From NCBI GenBank assembly GCA_963837465.1, contig CAWINB010000001.1, forward strand, positions 501,646 to 565,645: a stretch of 64,000 nt of DNA. The letters are read 5' to 3'. The notes beneath the pieces were generated by a model. It made no database searches, was not told where the DNA came from, and saw only the letters and a list, made by a program, of their open reading frames with translations. Below, one piece after another: positions 44,767-52,914 of this stretch. Origin of the DNA: Candidatus Doudnabacteria bacterium (GTDB taxonomy: Bacteria; Patescibacteriota; Doudnabacteria; UBA920). Position 1 is the first letter of the stretch. Each line of letters opens with the position of its first letter. A program made the position numbers and the translations under genes.

Positions 44767-45663
44767 ATGAACACGGGGAACAAAAAAATATCAAAATTAC
44801 CAAGAATTCCGAAATACCAAAATCGAATATGGCATTTGAACGGTAAGTTAATGCTAATTTTGGTAGCGGTACCAGAATTTCAAAGGGAGATAAAAGCCCT
44901 ACGCAATAACGCAGATTTTAATATTCTCAGCCTTAACAAAGGCATACTTATAACCCATCCATTCCCAAATAGTGACCTATCAAGGAAAAGGGTTGAGGGG
45001 AAGATGTTAGATCGCTTTGAAGTTATATTCAACTGGTACAAGTCCAGGGGATATTTTGCCAGCAGTGATATGAGCAATCCTATAATGGCTAAGCTCGGCG
45101 AAGATCCATTTTTTACTGAGCTAAAAAGAATCGGTAAAAAATTCCACCTACCATACGAATTTTACTGCGATGCTTTTTCAGGAATTTCTGCCTATGTTTT
45201 AACTGGCCGGGCGGCGGCCCCAAGTAAGTATCCTGAAATCAGGGAAAACATGTCAGATGAAGAAAGACACCTACGCCGGTTATTGTACGAAAATAGCAAA
45301 GCGCGGATAAAGGAGTTTGAAACTAAATACCCCTTATTGCTAAAAATATTAGAGAGAACAGGTAAGCCAATACTTCGAAAAGGTAAAGATCCCTACGAAG
45401 GGTACATCAAGGAGCACTGGCAAAATTATGATAAATTAGGAAAATGGAAAAAACGTGAAATCAAATACGGACTTAAAAACTCCTCTGAACTCAAATTGTC
45501 AAGGGGTATAAAAAAATGGTCACAACCTACCACTCGCAAGATTGTCAAGAGGAGTGGTTATTCCGTAGAAAACCTCAAAACGTTTAAAAAAGACGTCAAT
45601 AAATTAACGATAAGTATATTCGGTTTTCCTATCGACGAACAAACAGTTTCTGGTAAAAAATAA
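44767..45663 (+). CDS. hypothetical protein
   Basis: 298-aa ORF downstream of the repeat arrays. Lys-rich, with no recognisable motif. Confidence 0.45.
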   Translation: MNTGNKKISKLPRIPKYQNRIWHLNGKLMLILVAVPEFQREIKALRNNADFNILSLNKGILITHPFPNSDLSRKRVEGKMLDRFEVIFNWYKSRGYFASSDMSNPIMAKLGEDPFFTELKRIGKKFHLPYEFYCDAFSGISAYVLTGRAAAPSKYPEIRENMSDEERHLRRLLYENSKARIKEFETKYPLLLKILERTGKPILRKGKDPYEGYIKEHWQNYDKLGKWKKREIKYGLKNSSELKLSRGIKKWSQPTTRKIVKRSGYSVENLKTFKKDVNKLTISIFGFPIDEQTVSGKK

Positions 45664-45761
45664 AAATCGGCCTTTATACTCACGACTGAAAAAACCTGAT
45701 GCTATATTAGCGTTAGGTTTTTAATTATGGCGAAAGTCTACGGGTCAAAATCTGCTCTCGC

Positions 45762-45968
45762 ATGGGCGGCGCCATCCCCGTGGACAACGCCCAGTCGACA
45801 GCAGATTTTTTTATGCAATTATCAGAACAGGCGTTAAAAGAATTTGAGGAAATCTGGCAACATGATCACCCGGGGAAAATACTATCCCGGGAAGAGCTTT
45901 TTAAAATTGCAAATAAAGTTATTCATATTGTTGAAATTTTATATGTTGATGCTGGGGATTTGGAGTAA
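45762..45968 (+). CDS. small hypothetical protein
   Basis: 68-aa ORF. Confidence 0.3.
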   Translation: MGGAIPVDNAQSTADFFMQLSEQALKEFEEIWQHDHPGKILSREELFKIANKVIHIVEILYVDAGDLE

Positions 45969-46244
45969 AGTAATTTAAATTCTAAATCCGCGGTATTAAC
46001 CGCATACAATTTACGACAAGAGGTCGTCGGCGAGTCCTCTATAAAAAACCGGCCGAAACCTTTCTGGTGCGTAGATTCAAATCCCCGACCCGAGTGCCGA
46101 CTTCTCGACGGGGTCCTTCATCTGCGCGGCAGGAAGTAACACGATAAACTTTGCCAGACAACAATTCAGAATTGAAGACTCTGACTGGCTGAAAGGTTAT
46201 CAATAACGTAAATATTTAATAACTAATAATTAAATCCTGATTAT

Positions 46245-46460
46245 ATGAAGGTAAAAAAAGTCGCCTACTCCGATTTGTTAACAAATAAACAAATTAACAG
46301 CTCTACTTTAGTAAGAATCCCTATAGAGCTTCATCAAAAATTAAAAATAGAGGCTGCATGCATGGGCAAAACAATCAAGGGTATTGTAACTCAAGTCATT
46401 GAAGCACATTTCAAACAAAACAGCGAAATAACTAAAAACTTGACTTATAAAAGGTATTAA
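46245..46460 (+). CDS. small ribbon-helix-helix-like DNA-binding protein upstream of the serine recombinase
   Basis: A beta-strand (VRIPIEL) followed by two helices (HQKLKIEAACMGKTIKGIVTQVIEAHF), the Arc/CopG-like pattern. Confidence 0.4.
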   Translation: MKVKKVAYSDLLTNKQINSSTLVRIPIELHQKLKIEAACMGKTIKGIVTQVIEAHFKQNSEITKNLTYKRY

Positions 46461-46495
46461 GGTATTTATATGTTAACAGCATTAACCAATTCTTT

Positions 46496-48277
46496 ATGGA
46501 AAATGGTAACAAAAAAATTAAATATTTCCTTTATTGCCGAAAAAGTTCCGAGGCCGAGGATCGGCAAGTCGCTTCCATCGAAGCGCAGATTGACGAGTTG
46601 GAAAAACTTGCCCAAAATTTGAAACTGGAAATTGTCGACATTATTAGGGAAACCAAATCAGCCAAAGCCCCTGGCAGGCAACTATTCAATAGCATGATCG
46701 CACGGATTGATAAAGGCGAAGCCCAGGGAATAATTTGTTGGAAACTTGACCGCCTGTCCAGAAATCCTGTTGACGGAGGTTTAATAAGCTGGATGCTCCA
46801 GCAAAACACAATAAGACACATTCAAACGTATGGTGGCAGTTACTATCCGACTGATAATGTCGTAGTTATTGCCGTCGAACTTGGTGTCGCCAACCAGTAC
46901 GTGCGGGACTTGTCAGTAAACGTTAAGCGCGGTTTTAGGAAAAAACTACAGGACGGAAATCCGACAGGGATGGTTCCCCAAGGTTACTTAAATAGTATGA
47001 CCTTGGAGCGAGGGTCCAACATAACTCTCAAAGATCACGAGCGCTTCCCGTTGGTGCGCCGGATGTGGAGCATGATGCTCAGCGGCAATTATAATCCGCA
47101 AGAGATTCTAAAGATTGCAAATGGCGAATGGGGCTACAAAACACTGAAGCGAAAGAAACTCGGCGGCAAAGCGCTGTCACGCAGCTCCATTTACCAAATG
47201 TTCACAAACCCTTTTTATTACGGCTTTTTACTGGAACACAAAACCGGCGAGTTACACCAGGGTAGCCACGAGCCGATGGTCAGCAAAGAGGAATTCGACA
47301 AGGTGCAGATCTTATTAGGCAGCAAGGGAATGAAACGCGCTCCGCACACTAAGCAATTTGCCCATACCGCCCAAATTGGATGTGGCACCTGTGGCTGCCA
47401 AATTTGCGCCCATGAAAAGTTTCAGATTATTTGCAGCGTTTGTAAATTTAAATACGCCTATAACCTAGATATCCATCCTTGTTGTCCCAACTGCAAAACC
47501 AAAGTTAAGGATATGAAAAAACCAAAGATCCTGCACTACGTTTATTACGGCTGTAGCCGGCGCAAAAATACCGAAACCTTTTGTTGTGCGGAACGCTCAA
47601 TTCAACAGGAAGAGCTGGAGGGGCAAATTAAAAAATATTTGTCGACAATAACCATCAGACAGGAATACGTGGATTGGGCACTGAAGCATTTAGAGGAATC
47701 AAAAAGCGATAAGGCCCAAACTAAAGTGTCCATAGCGGAGTCACTGGAAAAGGCTTTGGCTGATGTTGAAAAAAGATTGGACGGCCTAGTAGAGATGAGG
47801 TCGTTAAAAGAGCTTAGCCAAGAGGAATTCCTCGCGAGAAAACAGCCGCTGGATGCCGAACGGCAGCGAATCAGGGACTTAGTGGCAAAACAAAAGAAGA
47901 GCGGACAGAATGGCAATTTTCAAACGACAAAGGCGCTGACGTTCGCCGAGCGGGCGCTGCGGGAGTACGATAAAGGCGACCTTAACAAGAAACGGGCTAT
48001 AGTTGCCGAGTTAGGTTCGAACCTAACTTTATCCGCCAAAAACCTTAGTGTTTCCGCCGAAGAACCGTTCCAAATCCTAGTTGAGGCGACAAAGTGTATA
48101 GCCGACTTAAACCCTACGTTCGAACCTGCAATTCAAGCTGTGAATAAAAGAGAAAAGCACGCTTTAGGCGTGCTTAATCCCACTTGGCTCAGCGGCTGGA
48201 TTGCGGTCGCCCCTTTGGGCAACTTTCGGAGGCTTTTTGGAGGCCTGCGCTGGGCACTCGGGTCAGAGGTTTTTTGA
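46496..48277 (+). CDS. large serine recombinase
   Basis: Catalytic YCRKSSEAEDRQVASIEAQ, a recombinase domain, and an extended Cys-rich zinc ribbon (CGTCGCQICAHEKFQIICSVC...CCPNC). Confidence 0.85.
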   Translation: MENGNKKIKYFLYCRKSSEAEDRQVASIEAQIDELEKLAQNLKLEIVDIIRETKSAKAPGRQLFNSMIARIDKGEAQGIICWKLDRLSRNPVDGGLISWMLQQNTIRHIQTYGGSYYPTDNVVVIAVELGVANQYVRDLSVNVKRGFRKKLQDGNPTGMVPQGYLNSMTLERGSNITLKDHERFPLVRRMWSMMLSGNYNPQEILKIANGEWGYKTLKRKKLGGKALSRSSIYQMFTNPFYYGFLLEHKTGELHQGSHEPMVSKEEFDKVQILLGSKGMKRAPHTKQFAHTAQIGCGTCGCQICAHEKFQIICSVCKFKYAYNLDIHPCCPNCKTKVKDMKKPKILHYVYYGCSRRKNTETFCCAERSIQQEELEGQIKKYLSTITIRQEYVDWALKHLEESKSDKAQTKVSIAESLEKALADVEKRLDGLVEMRSLKELSQEEFLARKQPLDAERQRIRDLVAKQKKSGQNGNFQTTKALTFAERALREYDKGDLNKKRAIVAELGSNLTLSAKNLSVSAEEPFQILVEATKCIADLNPTFEPAIQAVNKREKHALGVLNPTWLSGWIAVAPLGNFRRLFGGLRWALGSEVF

Positions 48278-48514
48278 AGGGATTTTGGACAGGAAAATAG
48301 ACATAAATAGACAGTACAGTGGCCCTGTGTTTGTATGTCTATTTATAACCAATTTTAGGCTTATTTATAAGGAAAATTGGACTTAGACTGTGTCTATTTC
48401 ACGTCTAAAGATTTTTTGCTACTGCCACAGTCCCCCAATTAGGCCCTTAAGGTTAGGTTAAGTTTATCTACTCTATATTTTCTGTTATAATAAAGAAAAA
48501 TAAATCTTTTCTTT

Positions 48515-51172
48515 ATGAGTTCTGAACAAAGGGATGGTCAACATCCTATGTTCGATAAAATAGAGCGGGCCGCAGTAGTCGAAGAGCCTCATCCCAAGCC
48601 TGAAGTTCAAGGCAATCCTGAAGCCAGGGCGGAAGAGCTTTTTGCTTTATGGCAGGATTTTCGCCGCGCTAGCATCGACTCACATATTAAACGTCGTAAG
48701 TATAAAAAAGAGCATCCGACGGAAGAATTTAATGACCCAAACGGCGACAAATTAAACAAAGTTCGCTCGGCTCTTTCGGAACGCTGGAGCGACCCCGCTG
48801 TCCAGGCTCTATTTAAAAAAAGAGTCGGCGAAGCAGCTGTGGAATGGGGCAAAATTAAGAAGCCGTTAAAGGAATACAAAACTATCCAAAGCGGCCTGCA
48901 AGCCTCTCAAGCAGACTTAGAAAAACTATACCGGGAAGTTTTTGAACACCGGGGCAAAGACCCGGATGAGTTAACGCAGATCCAGATTGCCGAACTTTCC
49001 GCCCAAGCTGACTCCCAAAAAAACCAAGTCGAAGCAATGGAACAAAGCAGCCCGGAATTGTCGGCGCAGCTTTCTTTTGAACGGTTAAAAGATTATCAAA
49101 AACAATTGTCGCGGGACGGTTTTATCTGGACGGCATCACGGGAAAAATATTTTGAAAAAATTATTGACCATTTGGTTGTAGTAAACCAAAATCGGCCCCT
49201 GCTTTTAGCCGGGGAAACCGGCACCGGCAAAACCCGATTGGCGCGTGCCGTATCCAAAAGGCTTACCGGCAAAAATCCCTATGAAGTCGGTGAAGAAGCC
49301 AAGACGGATATTCGCCCCTTATTAGGTTCACGGGCGATTGATGAAAAAGGTTCTTATATCAATTACGGCCAACTGGGACAGGCCCTAAGCGGCAAAGAAA
49401 CTTCGCGGGATACCAAACCCGGAGCCGGCGGTATTTTTTATATGGACGAAATGAACGGCTATCCGGGCGACGCCTTGCGTTCACTGGTTAAGCAGATTTC
49501 CGGCAGAAGGCCCGGGGAAGAAATCACTTTTGCGGCCTGGGCCGGACAGAAAGAAAAGCTGTCGCAGGATTTTGGTTTTTTAGGCTCGGCTAATTTGCCT
49601 TCCGAAAAGCATCCTGACCGCGCTGATTTGCCTGTTGAAGTTGCCCGCGAACTGGGGTCTCTTGAAATTGATTATCCTCCGCAGTCGGCCGAAGACCCTG
49701 AACTCTACGAAATGATGTTGGCTGGTTTGATGGATCAAAACGGCAGAATTCGCGTGCCGCAGGAAGCCTTGGCCCCTGAATACGAAGATGTCGTTGATGC
49801 GGCCACCAAAGAAAAACATAAGCGATTAAAAACCGAACCCGAATCCGGCGGCGCATTGTGGCGGTTTGCCAACTTGGTTGCCGATGTTCAAAAAAGCTAT
49901 AAAGGCCAGGACAATGCCTTAACGTCAACTTTAAGGGACGCATCTCATTTGCGGGCGGCGGTTTTGGATCCCGGCTTGGTGCTGTCGTGGCTGGCGGCTT
50001 ACAGAAAAGCGGCAATGCGTCGTAATGTTGATTTGCAGACATTCTTGGGTGAAAAACTGGAAACCTGGGCGGGACAGAAAATTTATCCCGAGGAAGACAG
50101 AAATTTGCTTAAACAATTCGTTGTTAAATTTAACCTTGAAACTCCCGACCGTCCGGTTAACCATAAACAAACAATTTTATCCCCGGCGGAAATAGGCAGG
50201 CTGTCGCCGCGCGTGCCCAGGGAAGCCCAAATCATGGAAAACGAGGCACGCCCTACCGAAGCCATGGCAATTTTGGAAAATGGCACCCAGGTTTTGTACA
50301 ACCTGGAAAGCAAGAACCCGGCAAGCGGCAGCCGTGTCGTGAAAAAGGGCGATCGCAGCCGCCAGACTTTTGTGTTTAAAGGTTTTGTTATAGGAGAGCC
50401 GCGGGATCATGCTTTAATAGAAAGCTCCACCGGCAAGCTGGAAACCGTCAGCCCTTCTGACTTTGCAAGGAATTGGGAAGCCGCCTCTTTAGGTTTCAGT
50501 GAAAAATTTGAAGGGCGGGAAATTAAACTGGATGTGCTGGAAGCCAGGGCGAAATCCGAGAAGTTTTATAAAGAACATAATTTAAGCGAATTTGCGGCCA
50601 ACTTACCCAAAGATATCAGGTTCTCCCCGGATAGCGAAGCCAAGATCAGGGAAGCTTTAAAAATGGGTTTTGACAGGGCTATGGTTTTACCCGCAACTTC
50701 GGTTCAGGGCCAGTATCAAGACAAGCTGTTGACTGAAATGCAGGCTGGCTACGCCACTGCCGACCAATTCTGGTCTGAAAAACCTAAAACCGTGGCTACT
50801 CGAAACCGTCCGGCTAAAGCCTACCTGTTTCTTTACAGCAGCGGAGCGATACCGCAGGAAACCAAAAATTTAAACCAGACTCAAACCGAAGCGCTATTCC
50901 GCCAAAAACACTGGAATGGCTTAACACTGGCCGAATTCCGCCTGACCGAGCGGCTGCATTTTGAAGCTGACGGAAACCACAATTTCCATAGCTGGAATAA
51001 CGACGCCAAGCTTTCGAACTGGACTAGGCTTTTAGATAGCGCTGATGCTTCTGGTGCCGCGGCTGCCCGCTGGAATCCGGACAATTCGCGCGTCTATTTC
51101 TACTGGCGCGATCCGGCGTCTGTCCATCCGAGGTTGGGCGCCCGTCCCGCGGTCGTTGTAGAAATCCTTTAG
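48515..51172 (+). CDS. DGR target protein: AAA_5/MoxR-like ATPase with C-terminal variable (CLec/FGE-like) region
   Basis: Walker A LLAGETGTGKTRLA. The C-terminal 40 codons coincide with the VR, whose differences from the TR fall on TR adenines. Confidence 0.8.
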   Translation: MSSEQRDGQHPMFDKIERAAVVEEPHPKPEVQGNPEARAEELFALWQDFRRASIDSHIKRRKYKKEHPTEEFNDPNGDKLNKVRSALSERWSDPAVQALFKKRVGEAAVEWGKIKKPLKEYKTIQSGLQASQADLEKLYREVFEHRGKDPDELTQIQIAELSAQADSQKNQVEAMEQSSPELSAQLSFERLKDYQKQLSRDGFIWTASREKYFEKIIDHLVVVNQNRPLLLAGETGTGKTRLARAVSKRLTGKNPYEVGEEAKTDIRPLLGSRAIDEKGSYINYGQLGQALSGKETSRDTKPGAGGIFYMDEMNGYPGDALRSLVKQISGRRPGEEITFAAWAGQKEKLSQDFGFLGSANLPSEKHPDRADLPVEVARELGSLEIDYPPQSAEDPELYEMMLAGLMDQNGRIRVPQEALAPEYEDVVDAATKEKHKRLKTEPESGGALWRFANLVADVQKSYKGQDNALTSTLRDASHLRAAVLDPGLVLSWLAAYRKAAMRRNVDLQTFLGEKLETWAGQKIYPEEDRNLLKQFVVKFNLETPDRPVNHKQTILSPAEIGRLSPRVPREAQIMENEARPTEAMAILENGTQVLYNLESKNPASGSRVVKKGDRSRQTFVFKGFVIGEPRDHALIESSTGKLETVSPSDFARNWEAASLGFSEKFEGREIKLDVLEARAKSEKFYKEHNLSEFAANLPKDIRFSPDSEAKIREALKMGFDRAMVLPATSVQGQYQDKLLTEMQAGYATADQFWSEKPKTVATRNRPAKAYLFLYSSGAIPQETKNLNQTQTEALFRQKHWNGLTLAEFRLTERLHFEADGNHNFHSWNNDAKLSNWTRLLDSADASGAAAARWNPDNSRVYFYWRDPASVHPRLGARPAVVVEIL
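51048..51169 (+). repeat. DGR variable repeat (VR)
   Basis: 122 bp matching the TR at 51412-51533 with 14 mismatches, 13 of them at TR adenines. Confidence 0.8.
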
Positions 51173-51411
51173 TCTTTGTATTTTAATGTTTTCTTTTTTT
51201 ATTTTTGTTTTTATCCTCGAAAATTTTTTATTTTAACCTTTCGGCTAATGAAACCACTCTGCAAAGAGATTGGTTCGCCGACTCTCAATCCATAAACGGA
51301 TTGAACAAGACAGTAAACAACGACGTTCCTTGTGAGAATACCGGTCAGGGATAGCTCCGCGGAGTGTCCCGCGCGTTATGGATGGATCAAGGAATACGGG
51401 GCGGGTGGGCC

Positions 51412-51533
51412 CTTCTGGTGCCGCTAATGCCAACTGGAATCCGGACAATTCGCGCGTCAATTTCAACTGGAACGATCCGGCGAATGTCAATCCGAAGTTG
51501 GGCACCCGTCCCGCGGTCGTTGTGGGCATAGGG
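51412..51533 (+). repeat. DGR template repeat (TR)
   Basis: Non-coding copy with AAC-rich codon positions (ANANWNPDNSRVNFNWNDPANVNPK if translated). Confidence 0.8.
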
Positions 51534-51534
51534 G

Positions 51535-51903
51535 TTATCTGTTACCCGGCTGGTTGCGGATGTATTTGATCCAACCGCTGAGCATTTTGCTTATCTCCTC
51601 CAAATTGGCCATCAGCTGGTAAAATTGGGTGTTGACGATAATGTTGTTTTCACAACACAGCCGTACCAGCAATTTGCATAACTCGCATTTGGAATAAGCT
51701 TTCAGCAGGCCGCTTTCCCGGAGCGGCAGGGGCATGGCATTGGCCTCAAAAATATATTCCAGTATGGCTAAAAGGGAACGATCCAGCACCTGGCCCAAAG
51801 TATAACGCAACGGTTTGGGAAAGTCGGCCAGCAGGGGCAAAAGGATTTGATAGGTTTTATAAGTTTTAACCACCACCGGCGGTTCAAAGGAAGTTTGGGT
51901 CAT
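51535..51903 (-). CDS. avd: Avd-like four-helix-bundle accessory protein (IVS/Avd family)
   Basis: FPKPLRYTLGQVLDRSLLAILEYIFEAN matches the Avd/IVS pattern FPKxExYxLxxQxxR...NIxEG. On the opposite strand to the TR and RT. Confidence 0.7.
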   Translation of the reverse strand: MTQTSFEPPVVVKTYKTYQILLPLLADFPKPLRYTLGQVLDRSLLAILEYIFEANAMPLPLRESGLLKAYSKCELCKLLVRLCCENNIIVNTQFYQLMANLEEISKMLSGWIKYIRNQPGNR

Positions 51904-52902
51904 ATGGACTTATTGCCTTTTAATAAATTTGCAAAAGTTGAAAATCTTTATGATGCTTGGGATCGCTTCACGCCCGGCAAACGGGAGCGCCCGGATGTGG
52001 TGGCCTTTGAGCGCCGCTTGGAAAACCAACTGCAACAGCTTTCGGAGGATTTAAGCGGCGGGCTTTATGTGCACGGGGACTATAAAAGTTTTTTTGTGCG
52101 CGACCCGAAGTTCAGGATTATACACAAAGCCAAAGTCAGAGACCGGGTTGTGCATCAGGCGCTTTACAGCGTACTCTACCGGCTGTTTGACCGGCGGTTC
52201 TATTTTGATTCGTATTCGTCCAGGGTTGGCAAAGGTACCCAGGCGGCGGTGCTCCGAGTCTGGGAATTTATTCGAAAGGAAAGCAGTAATTTTAACCAGC
52301 AGGCTTATGTTTTGCATGGCGATGTTGATGATTTTTTTGCCAGCGTTGACCACCAGATTTTATTAACGTTTATCCGCAAACGCCTTAAAGAGCCAAATTA
52401 TTTGCGGCTTTGCACGACCATAATTGACAGTTTCCATGTCACCCCGGGCAAAGGAGTGCCGCTGGGCAATTTGACCTCGCAGATTTTCGCCAATATTTAT
52501 CTGCACGAATTGGATTACTTTGTGAAGCAGACTTTGGGCGTGGAAAAGTATGTCAGGTACAACGACGACTTTTATTTAGTCAGCAAAGATAAATCCGAAC
52601 TTTCCGGCTTGAGCCTGACCATCAGGCGGTTTTTAGCTGAAAAGTTAACGCTGTCTTTGCCGGAGGAAAAAACAATACTCAGAAGCCTAAACAACGGCGT
52701 GGATATTTTGGGGGTGGTGGCTTTTCCTTACGGGCTGGTGCCAAGAAAAAGAGTCAGGACGGCGGTTTTGGAAGTGGCTGCGCAAGCCCGAAAAACAGGA
52801 TATAATAGCTATGTGGTCAAACAGCTGAATTCATATATTGGTTTGCTGGGAATTTCCAAGAGTTTTTTACTGAAAGAACGCTTGCGTTTAAGCATCGGTT
52901 AA
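51904..52902 (+). CDS. DGR-type reverse transcriptase
   Basis: LGNLTSQIFANIYL (the DGR-specific SQ motif), catalytic YVRYNDDFYL, and motif A LHGDVDDFF. Confidence 0.85.
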   Translation: MDLLPFNKFAKVENLYDAWDRFTPGKRERPDVVAFERRLENQLQQLSEDLSGGLYVHGDYKSFFVRDPKFRIIHKAKVRDRVVHQALYSVLYRLFDRRFYFDSYSSRVGKGTQAAVLRVWEFIRKESSNFNQQAYVLHGDVDDFFASVDHQILLTFIRKRLKEPNYLRLCTTIIDSFHVTPGKGVPLGNLTSQIFANIYLHELDYFVKQTLGVEKYVRYNDDFYLVSKDKSELSGLSLTIRRFLAEKLTLSLPEEKTILRSLNNGVDILGVVAFPYGLVPRKRVRTAVLEVAAQARKTGYNSYVVKQLNSYIGLLGISKSFLLKERLRLSIG

Positions 52903-52914
52903 TTATTTTAGTTT

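Noticed and set aside
45990-46140. tRNA-like fragment or att site (GATTCAAATCC, which resembles a T-loop, and a nearby CACCA on the opposite strand)
   Set aside because: No acceptor, D or anticodon arms could be folded on either strand. It is more likely a GC-rich hairpin (CCCCGAC...GTCGGGG) that may be a terminator or recombination site.
51378-51569. 63-aa plus-strand ORF in the supplied track
   Set aside because: It is the translation of the DGR template repeat, which is non-coding and functions as RNA.
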